Positions 28,286 through 36,952 of a stretch of DNA of 64,000 nt are shown piece by piece. Source of the DNA: an uncultured delta proteobacterium. GTDB taxonomy: Bacteria > Desulfobacterota > Binatia > UBA9968. Each line of letters starts with the position of its first letter. Within the stretch, counting starts at the first letter, position 1. The stretch is taken from NCBI GenBank assembly GCA_963771465.1, contig CAVYTU010000017.1:352001-416000 (forward strand), read 5' to 3'. Made by a program: the position numbers and the translations under genes. A model generated the notes under the pieces. It had not been told where the DNA came from. It was given only the letters and a program-made list of their open reading frames with translations, and ran no database searches.

Positions 28286-29725
28286 TTAGAATTTATACCT
28301 CGCCCGGTAGGTCAGTTTCGTCTCGCCGTCTTTCGCTACAGGGATTTCGAACTGGGCGGTGTGAGCTTCGACTTTCTTGTGCGTGTGCGAGCTTGTGAGG
28401 ATCTCCCAGTCACGCATCATCGGCTCGATGACGCTCACGGTCACCGGCTCGTCTTTGTGGTTGCGCAGGCTGATTTCAAAGGCGGCTTCGTAAAGGTTGT
28501 CGGCGATTTTGCGCCAGTCGGTTTGCTTGCGCTCGGCGACTACGTCGAAGGCATCGCCCATTTTAATCTTGATCATTTCATCTTTGGGCGTGTGGTCGAT
28601 GCGGTCTTCGCCGATAAATTGTAGACTGCCATCGCCGTCGGCCTTGTAGACACGCAACGTGCCTTTTGGCAGGGGCATCCCCAAGTTGTTGTCGTTTTTG
28701 TTAGCGAGCTCGACAAAGACCCCGACTTTCTGTTTAGGGATGCTGCTGGGATATCGGCTGTGAAAATACTGCGGCGAGCCGGAGAAGATATAGCGTTTGC
28801 TGACGGGAATGCGGTCGGCTGATAGCAGACTCACCTGCTTGGTTTGCTGGTTTTTGATCGTCGTCGGCCGTTGTAAGCTGTAAAGGTGATACTCAAAAAA
28901 AGCTTGCTCCGCGAACGGCGCCGGTGAGGCGACTTTGGATGCCAATTCCATTCGCTCGGCCATCGCATCACGCGCTCGGTACTCTTCGACGACCCGATTA
29001 AGATCGCCGGCTACCAGTTTTAGCCGTGCGTTCTGATAGGTCGCGCCGCTTTGATTGTCGAGGGTGACCCAGCCCGACAAGTCGAGATTCTTATCCTTGC
29101 TGTCGAGCACGGCGACGTAGTCGGCTTTCCAGTTGAGGCCGCGGGTCAGATAGCTCGCTTCGACTTTCTGTGCGTTGGCATTGCGGTTTTCCAGGGACCA
29201 GAGCAGCGTCGGCTGCGAGATTAGATTATTTGGAATACTTGGGAAGATCAGATTATGCGGCTGGCCGGTGAAAATGCGCCCGCCGAGTTTGTAAACTAAC
29301 CCTTCGTTGGTGCTGAGAATCGTGATCGGTACCTCGATGCCCTCTTTGAGCACCATGATCTCTTTGCCGACGAATTTCTCAATCAGCTTGCGCGGCGTGA
29401 GCAGATCGTACTCGTAGTTCTGTTCGAGCACATGCAGCTGACTCGGATTCGTCAACGACTTGATGTGCACGGTTTGCGGCATGATTTTGGCGGCGACTTC
29501 GCCGAAGCGAAGCTCGGTCAAGCCGCCCGGCAATGTCAGCTGGCGAATGTCTTTGATCAGGCCGATGTCGCTGTTATAGACTGTGACCGAGACACTTTCC
29601 TGATCGTTCAAGGTGGTGCTGATGGGCGCCATCTCCAGCCGGGAGCTGGCGGCAGCTGCGAGGGGCAGCGTGAAAATTCCGATGACAGTGAGAAGCAGAA
29701 CCCAGGCAAAAAAAACCTTTTTCAT
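28286..29725 (-). CDS. DUF4139/DUF4140 domain secreted protein
   Basis: Signal peptide; SVTVYN, EQNYEYDLL, WKADY, YHLYSL and GEDRIDHTP. Confidence 0.85.
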   Translation of the reverse strand: MKKVFFAWVLLLTVIGIFTLPLAAAASSRLEMAPISTTLNDQESVSVTVYNSDIGLIKDIRQLTLPGGLTELRFGEVAAKIMPQTVHIKSLTNPSQLHVLEQNYEYDLLTPRKLIEKFVGKEIMVLKEGIEVPITILSTNEGLVYKLGGRIFTGQPHNLIFPSIPNNLISQPTLLWSLENRNANAQKVEASYLTRGLNWKADYVAVLDSKDKNLDLSGWVTLDNQSGATYQNARLKLVAGDLNRVVEEYRARDAMAERMELASKVASPAPFAEQAFFEYHLYSLQRPTTIKNQQTKQVSLLSADRIPVSKRYIFSGSPQYFHSRYPSSIPKQKVGVFVELANKNDNNLGMPLPKGTLRVYKADGDGSLQFIGEDRIDHTPKDEMIKIKMGDAFDVVAERKQTDWRKIADNLYEAAFEISLRNHKDEPVTVSVIEPMMRDWEILTSSHTHKKVEAHTAQFEIPVAKDGETKLTYRARYKF

Positions 29726-29776
29726 CGCAACACCTCCGTGCCGGTCGAGAATCGGACTGTGAATTTCTTGTCCGAG

Positions 29777-29804
29777 TTAGACCGCGGCGGTGAGAAAAGG
29801 TTCG
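29777..29804 (-). promoter_or_regulatory. ECF sigma-type promoter
   Basis: CGAACCTTTT...GTCTAA (GAAC-N17-GTCTAA) upstream of the DUF4139 gene. Confidence 0.65.
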
Positions 29805-29811
29805 CAGCTCT

Positions 29812-30969
29812 TTAGCGCGATGATGCGGCGGAGTCGGGTTGCAGGATCGTTACTTTGATCAACAGATGGCGATCGTTTGGAAGAGAATTGTTTTCTTTGG
29901 CGTAGATTTTAGATTCGGACTCGATATTCGCTTCGGCCGCTAATTCCTTCTTAAATATCTCGAAGTGTTCGGGTGCGACATTGTAAAGCCTGATCTCGGC
30001 GAAAGACTCGATTTTAGGTGCGGCGGCTGGTGGTGCCGGGCGACGAGCGGCAAATCCCGGTGTCGTCGCATCGGCTTCGGCTGATTGCCGCACTGAGTCG
30101 ACACTCTCGAGGTGATCTCGCCGTTGCGCAGGACGGCGGCGCACGACGAATTCGAAGTCCGCAGTGCGATCGCCGAGAGGCAGCGAATTTTCTAAAGCCA
30201 TGGGCGCCGAGCGCGGCGCTAACTGCCGCAGGTCGCCGAATGGTAGGCCAATTCCGAAACCAAACGCGCCGCCGGACATCGGGCCCGCTTCGCGGCCGGT
30301 GGCGACTTCCAGAGCGCGGATGGGCGGCCTACGTGGCGCCTCTTTTCGCTCTTCGAGCCGTGATTCGACTTCAGCTTTTAACGCAGCCGGCGCTTGCGGT
30401 TGTTGGTTTGGCGCCGCTAACTTTGATAATCGCTCCCTTGGGGATGCGTCGGCCAGCGGCTTGGCAACTTCAGTCGGCGCTTGAACGATGGCTTGGGGTT
30501 TCTTCTCGGCGGCTGGACTGACTGGCGATGGCGTCAATGATTCACTAGTGGTTGCTTGCTCTTTTTCCTCTGTAGCCACGGGTGGCGCTGACTGCGAGGC
30601 CAAATTCATCGAGTTGTATGGTTTTAGCGGCTCTTCCTTTTGATACAGGAATACCGCCAAAACGGCGACGATCACCACGGCCGTGGCTTGCAGCGGAACC
30701 TTTAGGCTCCAGGATTGAAATAGCCATTGCCAGACGGTCGGCTTCTCCTCGACCTCCCGAACATGGGCCATGACACGCTGGGCGAAGCCGATCGGTAGAT
30801 CGAGCACCGGCAAGCTCGCAACTTGATCTATGCACTCGGCAATGTCGTTGGACTCAGCCCGGCAAAGCGGACAGGCGATGATATGGGTGGCGACGCGTGT
30901 CATGGTCGCAGTATCGAGCGATTGATCAAGATAATCTGAAAAATGATTTGCGACTTCTTCGCAGTTCAT
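29812..30969 (-). CDS. zinc-finger (zf-HC2) transmembrane anti-sigma factor
   Basis: MNCEE..HIIACPLC; one TM segment; overlaps the sigma stop (ATGA). Confidence 0.88.
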   Translation of the reverse strand: MNCEEVANHFSDYLDQSLDTATMTRVATHIIACPLCRAESNDIAECIDQVASLPVLDLPIGFAQRVMAHVREVEEKPTVWQWLFQSWSLKVPLQATAVVIVAVLAVFLYQKEEPLKPYNSMNLASQSAPPVATEEKEQATTSESLTPSPVSPAAEKKPQAIVQAPTEVAKPLADASPRERLSKLAAPNQQPQAPAALKAEVESRLEERKEAPRRPPIRALEVATGREAGPMSGGAFGFGIGLPFGDLRQLAPRSAPMALENSLPLGDRTADFEFVVRRRPAQRRDHLESVDSVRQSAEADATTPGFAARRPAPPAAAPKIESFAEIRLYNVAPEHFEIFKKELAAEANIESESKIYAKENNSLPNDRHLLIKVTILQPDSAASSR

Positions 30970-31544
30970 ACGGCTTTCCTTCCCGCGTAGAAGTAGGATG
31001 CCAATTCAGACTTAAGCGCTTGGCGCGCGCGATGCAAGCGCGACTTGACGGTTCCTACAGGTATTTCCAATAGCTGGGCGACCTCTTCATAGGGCACGTC
31101 TTGAAGGTCGCGCAAGAGAATCACGGTGGCGTCATCGGGTGATAAATTATTGAGCGCTTTTTGCACGTGTTCGCGGATTTCTTTCTTCTCCATGGTTTCG
31201 GAGGGGCCGGGTTGCGGGTCGCTCATGGGTTCGGTCATCTCCAATGAGACGTTCCGTTGCTTGCGGGTGTTAAGGTTCTTTCGCCGGGTTGTCGCATGAT
31301 TGAGCGCGATGCGGTAGAGCCATGTGGAAAAATTGGACTCGCCGCGAAACTGGCCGATGGCGCGATAGGCGGAAAAAAACACCTCTTGGGAGGTCTCCGC
31401 GGCTTCGTCGTAGTCGCCCAACATTCGATAGACCAAATTGAAGATCGTTTTCTCGTGGCGACGGACCAGTGTCTCAAAAGCATCGGTTTGTCCCCGCTGG
31501 AGCTTCCGGACGCACTCCGCGTCGCTGTTCGCTTCCGACACCAT
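30966..31544 (-). CDS. ECF RNA polymerase sigma factor
   Basis: FSTWLYRIALN region 2 and GTVKSRLHRAR region 4; ATG 31544 lies downstream of its predicted promoter. Confidence 0.93.
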   Translation of the reverse strand: MVSEANSDAECVRKLQRGQTDAFETLVRRHEKTIFNLVYRMLGDYDEAAETSQEVFFSAYRAIGQFRGESNFSTWLYRIALNHATTRRKNLNTRKQRNVSLEMTEPMSDPQPGPSETMEKKEIREHVQKALNNLSPDDATVILLRDLQDVPYEEVAQLLEIPVGTVKSRLHRARQALKSELASYFYAGRKAV

Positions 31545-31557
31545 TGGTTCAGTGGAT

Positions 31558-31585
31558 TTAGACTTCGGGTTCAATGAAAGGTTCC
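31558..31585 (-). promoter_or_regulatory. ECF autoregulatory promoter
   Basis: GGAACCTTTC...GTCTAA (GAAC-N17-GTCTAA). Confidence 0.7.
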
Positions 31586-31752
31586 CATTTAATTGAGAAA
31601 TGGTGCGAATCAGTCGGCCATTTCAGGGTTTTTGGGCCGGACGGGCGGTTGTATACATAGAATTTGACATGCTGGCGGGATTTTTCAAGCTATCCAGCGG
31701 ACCGCTCGGCCGGGAGCGGGTTCGGGTTTAACCCGTGAATTTCGCACTAGCC

Positions 31753-32685
31753 TCATATCGGCTCGTTCCAAAGGTGGCTGAATTGTGTGGCGACGACCCG
31801 ATCGTATGCGACCGGCGCCGAAAGCAGGCCAATGTCTTGAGCGAAGCGGTTCATGCTTACGACTTTTTCCGTGGGAATATTGGCATCATAGTAGGGCAGA
31901 TCGCGACGCACCAGTTCGGCGATCAGTTCAGCTTCGGAAGGTGGAAAGCGTTTCCTGCCCACTACAGTAGCCGAATTCGGATCCGCCTTGAGCGCCTTGT
32001 GCGCTTTCATCAAGGCGCGAACCGCGGCGCGGGCGGAATCTGGTTCATCTTTGATGCGCTTGTCGGTGGCAACCAATGCCGAAAAAGTGTAGTGACGCGC
32101 CGCTGTCGGCCCGTCGCCGCGGCGCACGTCAAGCACCATGGTGCCGACACCGCGGCGGACGGCGACTTCGCAACCCATGCCGTTGGCCCAGAAGCCGTCG
32201 AGTTTATCTTCCTCGAGCGCTTTGGCGGCTGACAGACCGAAAGACACATTCGGACCGGCAGCGCCGGGAATCGGCATAATTTGCACGCCGTTCTCCACCG
32301 GGTCGATGCCGGCTTCGACCAGCATCCGTTGGAGACTTAGATTGACTCCGGGCGCGGCGCCGATGCGCAAACCTTTCACTAAGCTCAAATCGCCGCGTTT
32401 GGGATTGAGATCGCTGCGGATGACGAGGAACCAATAGGTATGCTGGCCGCAGGCGGCGAGCAATTTCGCTCCCTGCCAATGGGGAAAAGCGAGCAGCGTC
32501 GCATGCGCGGAACCGACGACAAAGTCGAGTTGTCCATCGCGCAAGGCTTCGAAGGTTTTCGGAATCGGGAACAGTAAATCCACTGAAGCATCGAAGCCTT
32601 CTTCTTTGAAAAAACCCATCTCGACGGCGGCGATGATTGGGAAATACGAGTTTGAAACTAGGTCCGGTACCGCAATGCGTAGCAT
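31753..32685 (-). CDS. NMT1/THI5-like binding-protein-fold protein without signal peptide
   Basis: GFFKEEG, ALRDGQLDF and VKGLRIGA; starts MLRIAVPD. Confidence 0.85.
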   Translation of the reverse strand: MLRIAVPDLVSNSYFPIIAAVEMGFFKEEGFDASVDLLFPIPKTFEALRDGQLDFVVGSAHATLLAFPHWQGAKLLAACGQHTYWFLVIRSDLNPKRGDLSLVKGLRIGAAPGVNLSLQRMLVEAGIDPVENGVQIMPIPGAAGPNVSFGLSAAKALEEDKLDGFWANGMGCEVAVRRGVGTMVLDVRRGDGPTAARHYTFSALVATDKRIKDEPDSARAAVRALMKAHKALKADPNSATVVGRKRFPPSEAELIAELVRRDLPYYDANIPTEKVVSMNRFAQDIGLLSAPVAYDRVVATQFSHLWNEPI

Positions 32686-32714
32686 GGCTTCTCCGAGATT
32701 CCTTTCCGGGTTTC

Positions 32715-32756
32715 GCAACGACTGGAACGATTTGAACGTTTGGAACTATTGGAATC
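32715..32756 (-). repeat. 9-bp tandem array (GTTCAA/GTTCCA family)
   Basis: gcaacgact ggaacgatt tgaacgttt ggaactatt ggaatc. Confidence 0.75.
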
Positions 32757-32764
32757 TCTATCTT

Positions 32765-33115
32765 TTAGTCCGTCAGCGGCACGGTCATGAAGACATGGGG
32801 CTCGCTGCCGAGCACGCGGGATGTGTGGCCTTCACCGGCGGTGTCGTCCGCCAGCATGACGTCGCCAGTTTTGAAGACGCGCTTGACGCCGTTGCTCGCT
32901 TCGATCTCCCACGAGCCCGAGAGAGTCACTAAAAATTGGCGGCGCGGCGCGGGATGGCGCTCCAGAAAAAGTCCCGCCGGCGCGCTGCGAAAAACCGCGC
33001 TGGTGGCGCCGCGGGCGTCGGTGGTGAGCATCGGTTGGTTGCCGCCGAATTGCATGTCAACTTCTTCGAAATGAGATTTTTGATCGCTGCCGGTGTAAAG
33101 TCTAACGAATTTCAT
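32765..33115 (-). CDS. cupin-like protein
   Basis: HPAPRRQ and DDTAGEGH; AAGGAG RBS. Confidence 0.85.
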   Translation of the reverse strand: MKFVRLYTGSDQKSHFEEVDMQFGGNQPMLTTDARGATSAVFRSAPAGLFLERHPAPRRQFLVTLSGSWEIEASNGVKRVFKTGDVMLADDTAGEGHTSRVLGSEPHVFMTVPLTD

Positions 33116-33160
33116 TTTAGCTCCTTCGCTTTCACTGGATGATGATTTGCTGTGGCTGAA

Positions 33161-33808
33161 TTACAGCGGAATTTGCTGCTTGTCCATCGCCTGGCGCCAT
33201 TTCTTATCGGCATTGCTGCCGAAGATCAATGCTTTATCGCCGGGAACGACGATCCATGAATGCATTTTCAATTCCGCTTCGAGTTGACCCGGCGCCCAGC
33301 CGGCATAGCCCAGCATGAAGAGCGACTGGCGCGGGCCTTTGCCGGCCGCGATCGCTTCGATCATTTTCGCGTCGGCCGTCATGGCGACACCGTTAGCCAC
33401 CTTGGCGCTATTCTCCAACAACGTTTCGTCCGAATGGAGAACAAATCCTTGGCGCGCACCCACCGGGCCGCCATAGTGAATGATAATCTCGCGCTTGGAG
33501 CTTTTTCCTTCCAGACCGAATCCCTTGAGCAACTCTTCGATCGGTCCTGTGGCCATGGGCTTATTGATCACGAGACCCATGGCGCCGGTGGAATCATGCT
33601 TGACCATATAGATGACGCTTTCGGCGAAACGCGGATCTTTCATCTCCGCCGTAGCGACTAATAATTGTCCGATATGGTAACGTCTGCCTTCGGCGGCGCG
33701 GCTATCATGGCCGCCGGTAAGCGCGCCAAAAAGTAGCCAGAGAATCGCAATTCTCAAGGCCGTGAAACGAGACGGCGGTCGACTGTAGCCACGATCGTTA
33801 TTCGCCAT
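33161..33808 (-). CDS. YqgE/AlgH family protein
   Basis: GQLLVA, GLVINKP, GGPV and GYAGWAPGQLEAE. Confidence 0.9.
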   Translation of the reverse strand: MANNDRGYSRPPSRFTALRIAILWLLFGALTGGHDSRAAEGRRYHIGQLLVATAEMKDPRFAESVIYMVKHDSTGAMGLVINKPMATGPIEELLKGFGLEGKSSKREIIIHYGGPVGARQGFVLHSDETLLENSAKVANGVAMTADAKMIEAIAAGKGPRQSLFMLGYAGWAPGQLEAELKMHSWIVVPGDKALIFGSNADKKWRQAMDKQQIPL

Positions 33809-33813
33809 GAAGG

Positions 33814-34245
33814 CTAACCACGCACCTTTGGGCCGAAGCTTTCGATGGTGATGCGAATGATCACGCGCTTTTCGCGCGCCATGCGTTCATGAAATTCCGG
33901 CCAGCTTTTATGTTCGCCGTAGGCTTGCCGTTGCAAGTAGACGAGGGTGTCCAGCGCTTGAGGCAGCGAAATGATATTCGCCGTGCCGTTCACCTGCACC
34001 CAGCCTTCGCCGTGAAAGGTTTTGGCGAATGCGCACAGCGCGGCGCGCGGGTCGCGGCGTAAGTTATTTACCTTGTAGGCGGTCTCCCGGCTGCTGATGA
34101 CGGCGCGCCCTTCGCTGTCCAATCCGCACGTAACCGGCGACATTTGCAAGTCGCCGTTCTTGCGCCGCGTCGCGAGCACGCCATAATGATGGTTCTCGAT
34201 AAACGCTTTGGCTCGGTCGAGCTCCATGGGGGTGAATTCAGCCAT
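33814..34245 (-). CDS. PPOX-class (split-barrel) flavin/F420-dependent oxidoreductase
   Basis: VLATRRKNG.QMSPV and KVNNLRRDPR. Confidence 0.85.
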   Translation of the reverse strand: MAEFTPMELDRAKAFIENHHYGVLATRRKNGDLQMSPVTCGLDSEGRAVISSRETAYKVNNLRRDPRAALCAFAKTFHGEGWVQVNGTANIISLPQALDTLVYLQRQAYGEHKSWPEFHERMAREKRVIIRITIESFGPKVRG

Positions 34246-34341
34246 TTTTCAATTTCCTCTTGGTTGATCGTGCGATTCAAACGGGTGCACGACAAAGTAG
34301 AATATCACAGCGATGGAATGCAAGCTGAGCGCCGAGTTGTC

Positions 34342-34370
34342 TTGACCGTTTCAGCAGGTTACCTTATAAC
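34342..34370 (+). promoter_or_regulatory. sigma70-like promoter
   Basis: TTGACC-N17-TATAAC upstream of 34395. Confidence 0.55.
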
Positions 34371-34394
34371 CGAACTTTAGCGAGGGAAGAAAAC

Positions 34395-35084
34395 GTGGCG
34401 ATGACGATTCCACAGATGAATTTGCCGGATGTCTTGCCGGTGTTTCCGTTGACAGGCGTGATGCTTTTACCGGGGACGGTATTGCCGCTGCATATTTTCG
34501 AGCCGCGCTACCGCAACATGGTCGAAGACGCGCTCGACGGCGACAAAGTTTTCGGCATGATCCAGCCCTTTGCGCCGCAAAACGATAACCGCGGCCCGCA
34601 GCCGGACGCGGCCAACGCGGCGCCGGATTTATACAAAGTCGGCTGCGCCGGTTTGATTGAGAAATCCGAAAAGCTCGCCGACGGCCGTTTTTTCGTTCAA
34701 CTTAGAGGCGTGAACCGGTTTCGTTTTACCGAAGAGTTTTCTTTGCAGCGTGGCTACCGGCGGGTTAAAGCGATTTATCAGGAATTTCCCGATGCCAATC
34801 TAGCCGAAGGCTGGCAGTGCGAGCGGGCTGCGGTGCTGGAGGCATTGTCGCTCTTTGGCAAAGCGCACGGTATGCAAGTGCGGCCCGATCAGGCCGAGCG
34901 ATTCTCGGATCTAGAGCTGATCAATCTCCTCGGCGTTTCGCTGCCGTTTCATCCGGCGGAAAAGCAGGCGCTGTTGGAAGCACCGACGCTCAAAGACCGG
35001 GAAACGATGCTCATCGACTTACTCCGCCTCGGCGCCGGCCCGGTCGACGAAGATATCCAAAGCACGCCACGAACGCTCAACTAA
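34395..35084 (+). CDS. LON peptidase substrate-binding domain protein
   Basis: PVFPL..LPLHIFEPRY and EKQALLEA. Confidence 0.9.
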   Translation: MAMTIPQMNLPDVLPVFPLTGVMLLPGTVLPLHIFEPRYRNMVEDALDGDKVFGMIQPFAPQNDNRGPQPDAANAAPDLYKVGCAGLIEKSEKLADGRFFVQLRGVNRFRFTEEFSLQRGYRRVKAIYQEFPDANLAEGWQCERAAVLEALSLFGKAHGMQVRPDQAERFSDLELINLLGVSLPFHPAEKQALLEAPTLKDRETMLIDLLRLGAGPVDEDIQSTPRTLN

Positions 35085-35182
35085 TTCACTGATCGTTAGG
35101 GACGATAAGTCGTAAAGAGCCAGAAGTCAGAAATCAGCGGGAACTCCTGACTGCTAACATTTCGTTCCTCACTGCTTCATCC

Positions 35183-35992
35183 TCACTCAGAAATATCGAT
35201 CATCACGCCGTCTGGGTCGGCGATGAAGTGTTGGCCTAGACAACAGCGGCGAAAGTCTTCTTCGTTCTTCTTGCCGTTGCCGCCGACGAAACGTCCGCTC
35301 GGTGTCTGCGGATCGCTTGCCGCCAATGCGTCCAAATCTTTTTTGGTTTGCTCCAGGTTATCGACTTTGAAACCGAAGTGATCGAGGCCCTCGCGCAGGC
35401 CGCGGTAGAGGCTATTGTCGCGTGGGCGGAGCAGCAGTTTTACTTTGCCGTCGGTCATACAGATCGAGCCGTCGTCGCGGTAAGTTTCGGCTTCCTTGAG
35501 CTCGAAGATCTTCTCGTAGAACTCGGCGACCTGCGACGGGTCATGGGCACGCAGGGAAATGTGATTGATCCAGCGCGGCTGCTCCCATCCCGATTGATTA
35601 TAACCTTCGCGCACGTTGGCGACGTGGGCTTGAGCGATGTCGAACTGCGTGCCGGCCGGATCGTAGCTGCGTAATCCTGCGAACGGAACGTATTCCAACC
35701 CCTTGGCGATCATCGTTTTCGGATAATGCTGCTCCATGCGTCGGACATATTCCTTGATATCTTCGACCTCGAAGCCGTAGTGATCCATGCCCGATTGCAT
35801 GCCGGCGTAGCGCGACAAGATTGCCAGACCGATGACGCCGTCGCTGATGTGGCCGCGATTGGTGTTCTGCTTGCCCGATTCGTCGAGGGTGTTGCTGGTC
35901 ATGCGTTTCATGGCGAAAACCGATTGATAAAACTTATCGACCGCGGCGTGATTGTGGGTGTACATGGCGATATGGCGAATCTTGGCGAACAT
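35183..35992 (-). CDS. VOC/glyoxalase family protein (two domains)
   Basis: Duplicated IRHIA..DHYGFEV / INHIS..DHFGFKV; DPDG. Confidence 0.85.
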   Translation of the reverse strand: MFAKIRHIAMYTHNHAAVDKFYQSVFAMKRMTSNTLDESGKQNTNRGHISDGVIGLAILSRYAGMQSGMDHYGFEVEDIKEYVRRMEQHYPKTMIAKGLEYVPFAGLRSYDPAGTQFDIAQAHVANVREGYNQSGWEQPRWINHISLRAHDPSQVAEFYEKIFELKEAETYRDDGSICMTDGKVKLLLRPRDNSLYRGLREGLDHFGFKVDNLEQTKKDLDALAASDPQTPSGRFVGGNGKKNEEDFRRCCLGQHFIADPDGVMIDISE

Positions 35993-36110
35993 GATTTTCC
36001 TCCGACCGAATAAGCTGATTTGGTTGTAAGGTAGCGCCTGCAAGCTTGTCAAGCGTGCTTGATTACGAAACTTTGCGCGCCGATGCGAATTTCCCCGCGC
36101 AACGCGCAGA

Positions 36111-36923
36111 CTACAAATGGGCAGCTAGAAACTGGCCAATGATTTCATGCGCCGCGTCGGGGTTAGTCATCAAATAGTTGTGCGCTTCGTTTGGGATAAC
36201 GGTGAACCGGCCGTTCGGCAATTCCTGCGCCATCGTTTGTGACGAAACGCGATGCGACGAGCCCGTCGCCGAGCCGTGATCTTGGTCGCCGACGAGGACG
36301 AGCGTCGGATGCTTGATTTCCTTGATTCGGCTGCTCAAGTCGCAGGCCTGTCTGGCGACGACGTGGCGCAGATAATCTTCGAGAGTCGGTAGGTTGTTCA
36401 TGCGGAGCGTCAGAAAATGCTCCACGCGCTCCGCGTGCTGCTGTATGTATTCCCGGGTCCAGCCGACTTCGAGGGTGTGTTCGCGGACATACTTCTCGTA
36501 GCCCCATTCGACCATCTCTTTGCACATCTTGAACGGTATCGGCGGCGCGTTCGGAACACCGGGACCGACGGATGCTACGATAAGTTTTTTGACCTTCTCC
36601 GGATATTTAAGCGCGATCAGCATCGCCACCCGACCGCCCATCGAGTGGCCGAGCAAGATCGCCGGCGCGACGTTCAATTGATCGAGGATCGCCGCGGCGT
36701 CGTCGGCAAAGTCTTCGCACGAGTATTGGGTCGTCGGTTTGCTGGACCTGCCGGTGCCGCGATAGTCATGCGTGATAACCATGTGGTCGCGAGAAAACTT
36801 CGGAACTTGATAACTGTACCAGATATTGCCAGGGCAAGCCGTTTCACAAAAGAACATGAATGGCGTTCCGGCGCCGTGGGTTTCATAGTGGATTTCAACG
36901 TCATTGCGTTTGATTAAAGGCAT
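36111..36923 (-). CDS. alpha/beta fold hydrolase
   Basis: DYRGTGRS and GHSMGG. Confidence 0.9.
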   Translation of the reverse strand: MPLIKRNDVEIHYETHGAGTPFMFFCETACPGNIWYSYQVPKFSRDHMVITHDYRGTGRSSKPTTQYSCEDFADDAAAILDQLNVAPAILLGHSMGGRVAMLIALKYPEKVKKLIVASVGPGVPNAPPIPFKMCKEMVEWGYEKYVREHTLEVGWTREYIQQHAERVEHFLTLRMNNLPTLEDYLRHVVARQACDLSSRIKEIKHPTLVLVGDQDHGSATGSSHRVSSQTMAQELPNGRFTVIPNEAHNYLMTNPDAAHEIIGQFLAAHL

Positions 36924-36952
36924 GAGACTTCACGGGCGGGGTTCAATGAATT

